DNA of 62,503 bases, counting the filler. It is 8 parts of 8 records of this genome, joined end to end, with 100 filler letters (N's around TTAATTAATTAA, not from the genome) between each part and the next. Parts side by side here need not be neighbours in the genome. Positions count along the whole stretch, not along the records: positions 10,859 to 31,662 come from SRR20825010_672; 7 more parts are not named here. One strand, written 5' to 3'. Below the pieces are notes generated by a model. That model had not been told where the DNA came from. It worked only from the letters and a program-made list of their open reading frames with translations, and did no database searches. A program made the translations under genes and the position numbers. Shown piece by piece: positions 10,917 through 20,013 of this stretch. Position 1 is the stretch's first letter. Every line of letters starts with the position of its first letter.

Positions 10917-10994
10917 CAGGGAAACCAGAACGTAGCCGCTTGCGCAAAACTCATGTGAAGCGTGGTGCACACTTCAACCAAACAGGCCCGATCC

Positions 10995-11840
10995 ATGACT
11001 GTATCCCCCAAACTCGGCACTCGCCATTCCCTGGAAGTTCTCAAAGTCATTCGCAATGGCTTGTTGCTGGATGGTGGCGAGCTGGGCGAAGTGTTGTTGC
11101 CGTCCCGGGAAGTGGAGGGCCAGACGCTGGGCCCCGGTGACAGTGTCATGGTCACGCTGTACAGCGATGGTGAAGGGCGGCCCATGGCCAGCCTGCGCAC
11201 CCCGCGAATACAGCTTGGCCAGGTGGCGTTACTGAAAGTGGTTTCCACCAGCAAGGTGGGGGCATTTGTGGACTGGGGCATGCCCAAGGATTTGCTGCTG
11301 CCGTTCGCTGAACAAAAAGGACCGGTGCGGGAAGAGAGCTGGGTGCTGGTGATACTGACTTCGGATCGGGAAGGGCGGCTGATGGTTAGTGCCCAGCTGG
11401 ATCGGTTCCTGTCCGATACCTGTCAGGCGTATCAGCAGGGAGATGAGGTCTCGCTGGTGGCAGCGCACAGCACCGACCTGGGCTACAAGGTAGTGGTGGA
11501 TGATCATGCCTGGGGAATGATTGCGGCCAGTGAACTGCGTGCGCCATTGCGCCCGGGACAACGGGTGACCGGTTATGTGCAGCGCTTGCGTCAGGATCAG
11601 AAACTCAGCCTGTCATTGAACGCGCCGGGTGCGGCGAAAAGCGATGGGCTTACGGAGCAGATTCTGGCGGCACTGGAAAAGGCCGGTGGCGAACTGCCAT
11701 TGGGGGACAAGAGTTCGCCGGAAGCCATTTTTCAGACTTTCCGTTGCAGCAAGAATGCCTTCAAGCAGGCCATTGGCGGGCTCTACAAGGCGCGCCGGAT
11801 TGTCATTGAGAAAGAGCGCATTTTTCTGTCTGACGTTTGA
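10995..11840 (+). CDS. CvfB-family S1 RNA-binding protein
   Basis: GAFVDWGMPKDLLLPF, DKSSPEAI..F..SK.AFKQAIG.LYK winged-helix tail. Confidence 0.9.
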   Translation: MTVSPKLGTRHSLEVLKVIRNGLLLDGGELGEVLLPSREVEGQTLGPGDSVMVTLYSDGEGRPMASLRTPRIQLGQVALLKVVSTSKVGAFVDWGMPKDLLLPFAEQKGPVREESWVLVILTSDREGRLMVSAQLDRFLSDTCQAYQQGDEVSLVAAHSTDLGYKVVVDDHAWGMIAASELRAPLRPGQRVTGYVQRLRQDQKLSLSLNAPGAAKSDGLTEQILAALEKAGGELPLGDKSSPEAIFQTFRCSKNAFKQAIGGLYKARRIVIEKERIFLSDV

Positions 11841-11862
11841 TCTTTGCAGGCTCCGTGATTCC

Positions 11863-11894
11863 GTAGGTCGGCTTAGGCGGAGCCGTAAGCCGAC
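11863..11894 (+). repeat. GTAG-tagged REP element
   Basis: GTAG + GTCGGCTTA-GGC-GGA-GCC-G-TAAGCCGAC, between convergent genes. Confidence 0.75.
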
Positions 11895-11926
11895 ACCCGC
11901 CTTCGCCCAGGATTGCTAAACCGCGG

Positions 11927-14116
11927 TCAGAACCGGTAGTCCATCTTCAAGCTATACTTGCGGGCATCCCCGTAGTATCCCCCGTTATAGAACCCCAGAT
12001 TGTTGTAGTACTTTTCGTCCGTCAGATTGCTCACGTTGGCTCCCACCGACAGGGCGGGAGTGACCTGGTAGCGGGCCATCAAATCCACTAGCGTGTAGCT
12101 TTCCTGAACAAACTTGTAGTCGGCGCTGGCCCCTGGTCGGGTCACGAATGCATAGGTCTTGTTCTGCCAGGACACAGCCGTGCCGATGGTCAGACCGTTC
12201 AGGTCACCGCGGAAGCGGTACTGGGTGGACAGGCGAATCATGTCTTCCGGCGAAGTCGTGTTTAGCTCGTCGCCATCCGGGTCTTCGGTAATGCGGTAGG
12301 TGTAGCCTGCCTGTACCTGCCAGTCAGGCAGGATTTCACCGGCGGCTTCCAGCTCAAAGCCATTGGTTTCGGCACCATCCACAGCCTGATAGGCCACGGA
12401 GTTGGGTGGTCCGCCTGCAATGGGTTGGCCGGTGGATTCGGCCAGGTTGTCCTGATTAATACGGAACACCGCGACAGTGGTGTTCAGGCGACCCTCATTG
12501 AACTCACTTTTCAGGCCGGCTTCATAGCTGTTGCCTTCTTCCGGGTCGAGAATCTGATTGTTGGTGTCGCGTACGGTCTGCGGCTGAAAGATGCTGGTGT
12601 AGCTGGCGTACACAGAGTGGTGATCGCTCAGGTCATAGACCAGCCCCAGGTAGGGAACAACTTCACCGTTTTCCTGGTACTGCTCATCCAGGGGGCCTTG
12701 CCAGTTCACACCCTGGGTGTCGGTTTTCCAGTCCACCACCTGGCCGCCGGCAATAACGGCAAGGCGGTCGGTGGGTTTGAAACGGGCGGTGGCGTACAGG
12801 CTGGTCTGGCGGGTGCTCTGGTCTTCCACGGTGTTGGGTGCGGCCCAGGCCGGTTTGGGAATATCGCCATCCCAGTTGAGCAGGTTGGGCACCACGTTAT
12901 TGAAGTTAACCGGCGACTGGCCGGTGTAATCCCGTTCGGCATCAGAGTAGCTGGCGCCCACCACCAGTTCATGTTGGCGGCCGAAGAGGGCGAAGGGCCC
13001 GTTGGCGTAGAGATCGAACGTATCCTGGGTCTTGTCCTCCACAAAGCGTCCAGACCATAGCGTCTTGCCGCTGCCATCACGGTTCAGTTGGCCACCACCG
13101 GCGGAGGCCAGCTGGGCGTCATAGTTGTTCTGCTGATTGGTGTAGGCAAGCTTGCTGTACCAGCCGTTATCGAACTGATGCTCCAGGTTCACAAAGACGG
13201 TTTGTGAATCCTGGGCCCAGCTGCTCCAGTCGGTGGCCGGATTCAGATCCCGGTCCAGATCGGCGATGCCGCCGTCGCTGTAGAACAGGGGGATACCGCC
13301 CCAGGTAGACCCCAGAGGGTCATAGTCCATGTAGTCCATGCCCACGGTCAGCAGGGTGTTGTCGAACAGGTCTGCTTCAATCACGCCGTAGAACACCTGC
13401 TTTTCGTTTTCGTAGTGATCCAGAAAAGACTCGCCCTGTTCGTAGGCACTGACAAAGCGACCGCGTACCCGGCCATTCCTGGACAGGGGCCCGCTGGCAT
13501 CGAACTCGCCGCGGTAACCGTCCCAGCTGTTCAGCTCTGCGCCCACCTGGCCGGTGAAATCGCGGGTGGGTTTCTTGCGTACCAGGTTGACCGTGGCGGA
13601 CGGGTTGCCGATGCCATTGAGCAGGCCGCTGGCCCCGCGCAAGACTTCAATGCGGTCGTAGATGAAGGTGTCGGACAGGGCGGCTTGTTTCCCCAGGGTA
13701 TCGATGCGGGTGGAGGGCATGCCGTCGTAAAGAAAGTTGGTGATTTCAAAACCCCGGGCGAACAGTTGCTGGCGCTCGGTGTCCTGGGTTTTCACGGTAA
13801 CCCCCGGGGTGCGCTGCATGACTTCCGCTACGCTGTCGAGATTGAAGTCGTCCATCTGCTGACGGGTAATCACGGAAACAGACTGCGGCGTTTCGCGGGG
13901 CGATAGCACCATGCGGGTTGCAGTGTCGGTGGCGGCGGTACCGTATCGCTCCGTGCCTTCAGTGGTCATACTGGCATCGTGTTCATCCACGCTGCTGGCG
14001 GTGACATCAATATTGCCCAGCGTATGCGCATCGCTGCTGCTGGTGGTTTCGGAATAGGCCGTGCCGGACGCCAGCATCAAACTGGTCGCCAGAACGGAAA
14101 AACGAAAATCAGACAT
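11927..14116 (-). CDS. TonB-dependent siderophore receptor (FhuE/FpvA-like)
   Basis: Signal peptide, ETPQSVSVIT, YDRIEVLRGASGLL.G.G.PSATVNLVRKKP, terminal Phe; start trimmed to MSDFR. Confidence 0.93.
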   Translation of the reverse strand: MSDFRFSVLATSLMLASGTAYSETTSSSDAHTLGNIDVTASSVDEHDASMTTEGTERYGTAATDTATRMVLSPRETPQSVSVITRQQMDDFNLDSVAEVMQRTPGVTVKTQDTERQQLFARGFEITNFLYDGMPSTRIDTLGKQAALSDTFIYDRIEVLRGASGLLNGIGNPSATVNLVRKKPTRDFTGQVGAELNSWDGYRGEFDASGPLSRNGRVRGRFVSAYEQGESFLDHYENEKQVFYGVIEADLFDNTLLTVGMDYMDYDPLGSTWGGIPLFYSDGGIADLDRDLNPATDWSSWAQDSQTVFVNLEHQFDNGWYSKLAYTNQQNNYDAQLASAGGGQLNRDGSGKTLWSGRFVEDKTQDTFDLYANGPFALFGRQHELVVGASYSDAERDYTGQSPVNFNNVVPNLLNWDGDIPKPAWAAPNTVEDQSTRQTSLYATARFKPTDRLAVIAGGQVVDWKTDTQGVNWQGPLDEQYQENGEVVPYLGLVYDLSDHHSVYASYTSIFQPQTVRDTNNQILDPEEGNSYEAGLKSEFNEGRLNTTVAVFRINQDNLAESTGQPIAGGPPNSVAYQAVDGAETNGFELEAAGEILPDWQVQAGYTYRITEDPDGDELNTTSPEDMIRLSTQYRFRGDLNGLTIGTAVSWQNKTYAFVTRPGASADYKFVQESYTLVDLMARYQVTPALSVGANVSNLTDEKYYNNLGFYNGGYYGDARKYSLKMDYRF

Positions 14117-14222
14117 GGTTCCCCCGGTAACAATAAAATGCAGTAACGATGCTCGCGGCTTTGCGTGCACCGAGGCATGTGATGGCTGGGAGGAAACCTG
14201 GCGAGAATCACAGGATTGTGGA

Positions 14223-14242
14223 TGATAATGGTTTTCATTTGT
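14223..14242. promoter_or_regulatory. Fur box-like site upstream of the siderophore receptor
   Basis: GATAATGGTTTTCATTTGT, 13/19 to GATAATGATAATCATTATC. Confidence 0.6.
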
Positions 14243-14288
14243 AATTCAAGGTGACAACAGGACGAACGGTGAAACAGGGGCAAGAGAT

Positions 14289-14903
14289 ATGCTTTTGACG
14301 TTGTATCTGGTCGGCATCACGGCAGAAGCCATGACCGGCGCGCTGGCGGCAGGGCGGCTGCGTATGGACCTGTTCGGAGTCGTCATGGTGGCCTGTGTGA
14401 CGGCCATGGGCGGCGGCTCCATGCGTGATGTGCTGCTCGGGCACTATCCGCTGGTCTGGGTCGTGCACCCGGAATATCTGGGCTTGACGGCGGTCGCGGC
14501 ACTGGTAACCACCTGGGTGGCACCGCTGATGCAGCGCCTGCGCATGCTGTTTCTGGTGCTGGATGCGCTCGGGCTTATGGTGTTTACGGTGATCGGCGTG
14601 AAGGTGGCTCAGGGCATGGAGCTGGGGGCGCCGGTGGCGGTGTTGGCCGGCTTGATCACCGGTATTTTTGGTGGCGTGATTCGTGATCTGCTGTGTAACC
14701 GCATGCCGCTGGTATTTCAGAAAGAACTGTATGCGGTGATCTCGCTGGGCGCGGCTTGCTTGTATCTACTGCTGCAATTCACCCCGCTGGGTGAAATGGC
14801 GATCACGCTGATCACGCTGGCCAGCGGCTTTCTGATGCGCATGCTGGCGATTCGTTATGAGTGGCATCTGCCCCGTTTCAAGTACAACGTGCCGGAGCAG
14901 TAG
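14289..14903 (+). CDS. Trimeric intracellular cation channel (TRIC/YadS) family membrane protein
   Basis: Duplicated GGG..RD.L motifs, LDALGL..F, about 7 TM segments. Confidence 0.88.
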   Translation: MLLTLYLVGITAEAMTGALAAGRLRMDLFGVVMVACVTAMGGGSMRDVLLGHYPLVWVVHPEYLGLTAVAALVTTWVAPLMQRLRMLFLVLDALGLMVFTVIGVKVAQGMELGAPVAVLAGLITGIFGGVIRDLLCNRMPLVFQKELYAVISLGAACLYLLLQFTPLGEMAITLITLASGFLMRMLAIRYEWHLPRFKYNVPEQ

Positions 14904-14927
14904 CGCCTGCCGGTATGAGTCGCGGTT

Positions 14928-15203
14928 TCAGTGCCAGCGCAAGGTCACCGGTTCGCGGGTGGTAAAGCGGGCCAGGTGGCTGTCGATGATCTCGCGCAGG
15001 CGCCCCAGATCATTGCTGCCGGCTTGGCAGTGCAGATGCAAGGCCTGTTCGTCCGCGCTTAGCTCGCAGGTGCCGAACGGAAAACGGATGACTCCGTTGT
15101 GGTCGTCGAAATGTGTTTCCAGCTTGTGGCTGAAATGGCGGCAGAGTTTTTTCAGATACAGGGAGGCCTGACCGGTGGCGGCGAATCCGTGGGCATGTTC
15201 CAT
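14928..15203 (-). CDS. DUF2218 family protein
   Basis: ASLYLKKLCRHFSHK...IDSHLARF...L.W. Confidence 0.8.
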   Translation of the reverse strand: MEHAHGFAATGQASLYLKKLCRHFSHKLETHFDDHNGVIRFPFGTCELSADEQALHLHCQAGSNDLGRLREIIDSHLARFTTREPVTLRWH

Positions 15204-15224
15204 GGTAGTAAATCCTGTGCATTA

Positions 15225-15272
15225 AGTTGATAATATCAACTATATTCCGCCTAAAAGTTGACTCTGTCAACT
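15225..15272. promoter_or_regulatory. Two tandem palindromic operators AGTTGAY-N3-RTCAACT
   Basis: AGTTGAT-AAT-ATCAACT (15225-15241) and AGTTGAC-TCT-GTCAACT (15256-15272), between the divergent DUF2218 and MarR genes. Confidence 0.8.
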
Positions 15273-15295
15273 ACTTTGACCGCTACGAGAACGCC

Positions 15296-15727
15296 ATGCC
15301 TGATGACATTACCGCGCCCCTTGGTCGGGCTTTCACTGCCACATTGAACCGGCTGCGTGGGGCCATGCGTGAACCGCTGTCCACGCTACCGGTGTCGCTG
15401 GGTCCGCCGGATATTGGCCTGCTGCAGTTTCTGCTGAATACGCCGGGCGCCACACCCCAGTGCCTGGCGCGCCACCAGGCCCGTGACAAGGCGCAGCTCA
15501 CCCGCAAGATCAAAGCACTGGAAGCGCAGGGGCTGATACGCCGGGAAGCCGACCCGGATGATGGCCGCAAGGTGCGCCTTTTCCTCAGTGAGCAGGGGCA
15601 GGCCATGGCGGATGCCGCCGAGCAGATTCGCCGGGCGGCATTTGCCGAGCTTCTGCAAGGCTTGAACCGCAGTGAGCAGGAGCTGTTGCTCGGGTTATTG
15701 CAGAAATGTCAGCAGCCGCTTGAATGA
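15296..15727 (+). CDS. MarR family transcriptional regulator
   Basis: RDKAQLTRKIKALEAQGLIRR..DPDDGRK..L.LS..G; start trimmed to MPDD. Confidence 0.92.
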   Translation: MPDDITAPLGRAFTATLNRLRGAMREPLSTLPVSLGPPDIGLLQFLLNTPGATPQCLARHQARDKAQLTRKIKALEAQGLIRREADPDDGRKVRLFLSEQGQAMADAAEQIRRAAFAELLQGLNRSEQELLLGLLQKCQQPLE

Positions 15728-15839
15728 CCCCCTGCGCAAAGCGTGCACAAAGTGATGGCCGTCGTCTTTTTGCATGGGTAAGGTTTGCCATACTGTTTCC
15801 CTCTGAACAGGGATGATTGACGATAACCAAGGAGCAACT

Positions 15840-16412
15840 ATGAACGCTTTTCGTTTTGGCTTGATGGGCGCCTCTCTGTGCCTGGTCCTGAGTGCGCCGG
15901 CCCAGGCCTTTGATCTGAAATCCATGACCGACTCGGCCAACAAGGCCGTGAATGACGCGTCCGACAAGGCCAATGCTAGCGTGAACCAGGCTAACGAAGC
16001 CGCTACCGGAGCTATGGACAGCGCCAACAGCAAACTGGCGGTGACCGGTGAAGCCAAGGCATTGGTGGATTCCCTGTCCACCGATTTGGGTGTGACTCAG
16101 CAGCAGGCAGCAGGCGGTGCCGGTGCCTTGTTGGCCATGGCCCAGAACAACCTGTCGGGCGATCAGTTCAGCGGCATCATGAACAAGGTGCCGGGGCTGG
16201 ATTCCCTGCTGGGTGGCGATGGTGGCATGGCCTCCTCCATGCTGGGTAATATTTCTTCTTTGCAGGGTGTATCCAAAGCCTTCAGCGCACTGGGCCTGAG
16301 CCCGGACATGATCTCCCAGTTTGCGCCGAAGATTCTCGGCTTCCTGGGCGGTGAAGGCGTTGGCGCGACCGCACTGAACAGCCTGAAGGGCCTGTGGGGC
16401 GTAGCGGGTTAA
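15840..16412 (+). CDS. DUF2780 family exported protein
   Basis: Signal peptide, LGVT..QAAGGAGALL.MAQ, F..LGL...MI.QF; AAGGAG RBS. Confidence 0.75.
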   Translation: MNAFRFGLMGASLCLVLSAPAQAFDLKSMTDSANKAVNDASDKANASVNQANEAATGAMDSANSKLAVTGEAKALVDSLSTDLGVTQQQAAGGAGALLAMAQNNLSGDQFSGIMNKVPGLDSLLGGDGGMASSMLGNISSLQGVSKAFSALGLSPDMISQFAPKILGFLGGEGVGATALNSLKGLWGVAG

Positions 16413-16479
16413 TGCCGTATTGACGGCCTGTTGGCAGGCGGGATGCGATACTGTCGCTCCGCCTGCCGTCGAGTAATTC

Positions 16480-17571
16480 ATGGATTCATTGTCACAGGCC
16501 GTATTGGGGGCCTCCGTCGGGGGCGCCGTTCTCTCCCGCCCGCTGGGCCGCCGGGCTTTGCTCGGTGGCGCCTTGCTGGGCACCCTGCCCGATCTGGATG
16601 TACTGATTGATTACGGCGATGCGGTGGCCAATTTCACCGAGCATCGCGGTTTCAGCCATTCCCTGCTGGTGTTGTTGCCGGTATCGCTGCTGCTGGCCCT
16701 GTGCCTGTCCCGCTGGCAGACACAGATCCCGTTGCGACGCTGGTGGCTGTTCACCGGGTTGTGTCTGATTACGCATCCGTTGCTGGATGCGTTTACCACT
16801 TATGGCACCCAGTTGTTCTGGCCACTGGGTGATCCGGTGGCCATCAGCAGTGTCTTCATCATTGATCCGTTTTATACCTTGCCGTTACTGATCGCGGTCC
16901 TGTGGGCAGTGGCGAAGCCACCGTCCGGGCGGGTGTTGATTGGCGGCCTCGCCGTGTCTTCCCTGTACCTGGCATGGAGCGTAGCGGCCCAGTATGCGAT
17001 GACCCAGCGGGTAATGCCGGTGCTGGCCGAACGGGGTTTGTCTCAGGCGCCACGGCTGGTGCAGCCGATGCCGTTTTCCACACTCTTGTGGCGAATCACG
17101 GTGCTGGGCGAGCAGCAACGGCTGGAAATTCTGACGGGGATTCTGGATGGCGATGCACCGTTGCAGGTGGAGGCATTTCCCCGTGATACACAACGGTTAG
17201 CGGCGATCCGGTCGCTGCCCGCCGGGCGTACCCTGTTGCGCTTTACCCGTGGGTTTGTGGCGGTGGATGAGCAAAAAGGCAGGCTGCTGGCCACGGATAT
17301 CCGCCTGGGATTGCCCGGGCTGCACCCGTTCCAGTTTGTACTGGCCGAACGTCAGCCGGACGGCTGGCATCCGCTGGCTGCCAGCCAGCGGATGCCCCGG
17401 CCGATGGCGCATCCCGAGGCCTGGCCGGCCCTGCTGGCCCGGACCCTGTCGAAGAGCACACTGTGGTGCCTGTCGACATTGTCGGCCCCGGGGAAGAATG
17501 GCTGCCCGTTAACGGGCGCCGGTGTAGACCCGTTGGCGCCCGCCGGTATGGCTGAACACCCACTGCCATAA
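16480..17571 (+). CDS. Inner-membrane metal-dependent hydrolase (YdjM-like)
   Basis: MDSLSQ..LG, LPDLD, HRGFSHSL, THPLLDAFTTYGT, IIDP. Confidence 0.85.
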   Translation: MDSLSQAVLGASVGGAVLSRPLGRRALLGGALLGTLPDLDVLIDYGDAVANFTEHRGFSHSLLVLLPVSLLLALCLSRWQTQIPLRRWWLFTGLCLITHPLLDAFTTYGTQLFWPLGDPVAISSVFIIDPFYTLPLLIAVLWAVAKPPSGRVLIGGLAVSSLYLAWSVAAQYAMTQRVMPVLAERGLSQAPRLVQPMPFSTLLWRITVLGEQQRLEILTGILDGDAPLQVEAFPRDTQRLAAIRSLPAGRTLLRFTRGFVAVDEQKGRLLATDIRLGLPGLHPFQFVLAERQPDGWHPLAASQRMPRPMAHPEAWPALLARTLSKSTLWCLSTLSAPGKNGCPLTGAGVDPLAPAGMAEHPLP

Positions 17572-18669
17572 CTGAAGATCCCGGGCCTGGAACGCCCCTG
17601 CGCAGGCATTCAGGTAATAGCGCCACATGCGGTAGAAGCGGTCACTATAACGCCGGGAAAGTTGTGGCCAGGCACTGACAAAATTGCGATCCCAGGCGCG
17701 CAGCGTGCGGGCGTAATCGGCGCCAAAATTATGCAGGTCTTCAGCCACAAACCAGGGTTCGGCGGTACGGCTGATCTGGGCGCAGGACGGCAGTTCGCCG
17801 TTGGGGAAAATGTATTTGTCGATCCAGGGGTCGTGGTGGTGGCTGCTCACATTGCTGCCGATGGTGTGTAGCAACATCAGGCCTTTTGGCCGTAACCGTT
17901 GGGCGCAACTTGCCATGAAGACGGAGTAATTGCGCCGGCCCACGTGCTCGAACATGCCCACCGATACCACCCGATCGAATTGCCCCTGCAGGGTGCGGTA
18001 ATCCTGCAGACGAATATCCACGTCATGTTCAGCGCAGCGTTGTGTCGCAAGGGCTGCCTGTTCTTTGGACAGGGTAATGCCCACACCGCGCACGCCGTAG
18101 TGACGGCTGGCATGTTCCAGCAGGCCGCCCCAGCCGCAGCCGATATCCAGCAGTGTCATGCCGGGCTGCAATTCCAGCTTGCGGCAGATCAGGTCCAGTT
18201 TGTTTCGCTGCGCCTGAGCCAGGGTGTCGGCCTGCTGCCAGTAACCGCAGCTGTAGCTCATGGTCGGGTCGAGCATGGCCTCGAACAGGCTGTTGTCCAG
18301 GTCGTAATGCTGCAGGGCCACATCCTTGGCGCGATGCAGATTCTGCCGATTAAACAGACACTGTCCGATCCATTGCAGGCCCCGTTGTAGCAGGTTCTGG
18401 CTGATGCCGTTGGCGCCGTGGCGCAGCAGTCGCCGGAATAGTTCATCCAGTGCGTCGCAGTCCCACCAGCCATCCATGTATGACTCGCCCAGGCCCAGTG
18501 AGCGTTGCAGGGCAATGCGGGTGAGCGTGCGAGGGTGGTGGATCTGCATGTCCCAGGGGCGGGAGCCGTTGATGCGGATATCGGCGCTATCCAGCACGTC
18601 GTGAACCCGGCCGGCCAGGCCGGTGTGCTGATGCGAGGGCAGAGAATCGGGGTGATGCAGGCCAGACAT
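17509..18669 (-). CDS. cfa: Cyclopropane-fatty-acyl-phospholipid synthase
   Basis: LGESYMDGWW, HYDL.N, LDIGCGWGG, SVGMFEHVG, F.RMW.YYL. Confidence 0.93.
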   Translation of the reverse strand: MSGLHHPDSLPSHQHTGLAGRVHDVLDSADIRINGSRPWDMQIHHPRTLTRIALQRSLGLGESYMDGWWDCDALDELFRRLLRHGANGISQNLLQRGLQWIGQCLFNRQNLHRAKDVALQHYDLDNSLFEAMLDPTMSYSCGYWQQADTLAQAQRNKLDLICRKLELQPGMTLLDIGCGWGGLLEHASRHYGVRGVGITLSKEQAALATQRCAEHDVDIRLQDYRTLQGQFDRVVSVGMFEHVGRRNYSVFMASCAQRLRPKGLMLLHTIGSNVSSHHHDPWIDKYIFPNGELPSCAQISRTAEPWFVAEDLHNFGADYARTLRAWDRNFVSAWPQLSRRYSDRFYRMWRYYLNACAGAFQARDLQLWQWVFSHTGGRQRVYTGAR

Positions 18670-18851
18670 AACGCCTCCTTTCGTCGCTAGCGATGATGGC
18701 GGAGTCGGTTCTGGGCGACAGCTCGGCTGCCCGTTCGGTGTTACCTGTGTCAGTTATAGCACGCTGCTGCGCGCGCAAACGCGCATCACCGCACAGTCCC
18801 TATTGTTCTCCTGTGTGTGGCCACCGGCAAGAGGGGTATCCGGCCGGCGAG

Positions 18852-19862
18852 CTATTCCCAGCCGGCGAGGACCAGCTTGCCGATGGTGCTGCCTGACTCC
18901 AGCCGCCGGTGGGCTTCTTTCAGATTGACGGCATTGATGGTGCCGAGCCCCTCGCTGACGGTGCTCTGGATTTTGCCCTGATCCACCAGCGCGCTGAGCT
19001 GGTTGAGGATGTCGCCCTGGCGCTGCATGTCCGTGGCGAACATGGCGCGGGTGAACATGAACTCCCAGCTGAAGCGGGCGCTTTTGGCTTTCAGGGGGTT
19101 CAGATCCAGTGGAGCGCGCGCATCGACAATGGCGCAGATGCCGCCGAACGGGGCCACGGCCTGGCAGGCCGTGGCCCAGTAGTCGTCCAGGTTCTGGGTG
19201 ATGAAGATGCCATCAATCTGTGGGCAGCCGATGGCCTCAAGCTGCGGCAGTAATGGTTTGCGGTAGTCCACAATGTGATGGGCGCCCAGGCTTTGGCACC
19301 AGTTGGCAGAGGTTTCCCGGCCCGCGGTGGTAATGACTTTGAGGCCGAAGTGGTGGGCCGCCAGCTGGATGGCGATGGAACCCACGCCACCGGCACCGCC
19401 GATCACCAGCACATTTTTTCCTTCGCATTGGCCGGGCTGAAAACCAAGCTGATCTTCCAGGGCTTCCCATGCCGTGAGCGCGGTGAGCGGCAGGGCGGCG
19501 GCTTCCTGCATGCCCAGGCTGTCCGGTTTTTTTGCCACCAGGCGCTCGTCAACGCACTGGTGTTGCGCGTTGCTGCCCTGGCGCTGCACGGCGCCGGCAT
19601 ACCAGACCCGGTCGCCGGCTTTGAAGTTTTCCACTTCCGCACCCACCGCTTCCACCACGCCGGCGGCATCAAACCCCAGCACCCGGTAACCGGGCTGCTC
19701 CAGGGGGCGCTGGCGCAGTTTGGTGTCAATCGGATTGACGGAGACTGCCTGCACGGCGACCAGCAGATCCCGCGGACCGGGAGAGGGCAGGTCGAGCTGG
19801 ATATCCTCCAGGGCGTGAACATCTTCGATAGCTCTGGGTTGATTGAATCCAATCGCTTTCAT
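18852..19862 (-). CDS. Zinc-binding alcohol dehydrogenase / quinone oxidoreductase family protein
   Basis: SVNPIDTK, AAALPLT.LTAWE, GGAGGVGS, WEFMFTR; start trimmed to MKAIG. Confidence 0.9.
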   Translation of the reverse strand: MKAIGFNQPRAIEDVHALEDIQLDLPSPGPRDLLVAVQAVSVNPIDTKLRQRPLEQPGYRVLGFDAAGVVEAVGAEVENFKAGDRVWYAGAVQRQGSNAQHQCVDERLVAKKPDSLGMQEAAALPLTALTAWEALEDQLGFQPGQCEGKNVLVIGGAGGVGSIAIQLAAHHFGLKVITTAGRETSANWCQSLGAHHIVDYRKPLLPQLEAIGCPQIDGIFITQNLDDYWATACQAVAPFGGICAIVDARAPLDLNPLKAKSARFSWEFMFTRAMFATDMQRQGDILNQLSALVDQGKIQSTVSEGLGTINAVNLKEAHRRLESGSTIGKLVLAGWE

Positions 19863-20013
19863 TTCGGTTCCCTCGCGGATCGCTAACGTATTCTCACAAG
19901 TGTTGCGTGCAACGGTTTGGCACACTTGGCTGGGCAGACTATGCCACAGTATGGCTTTATCGTCTGGCAGCAGGTCATCGCCAGCGCTTCGGGACAGCAA
20001 AAGGGAGAGCACA

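Noticed and set aside
17509-17571. 63-bp convergent overlap between the hydrolase gene and cfa
   Set aside because: Most simply a non-conserved C-terminal run-on; no evidence of function.
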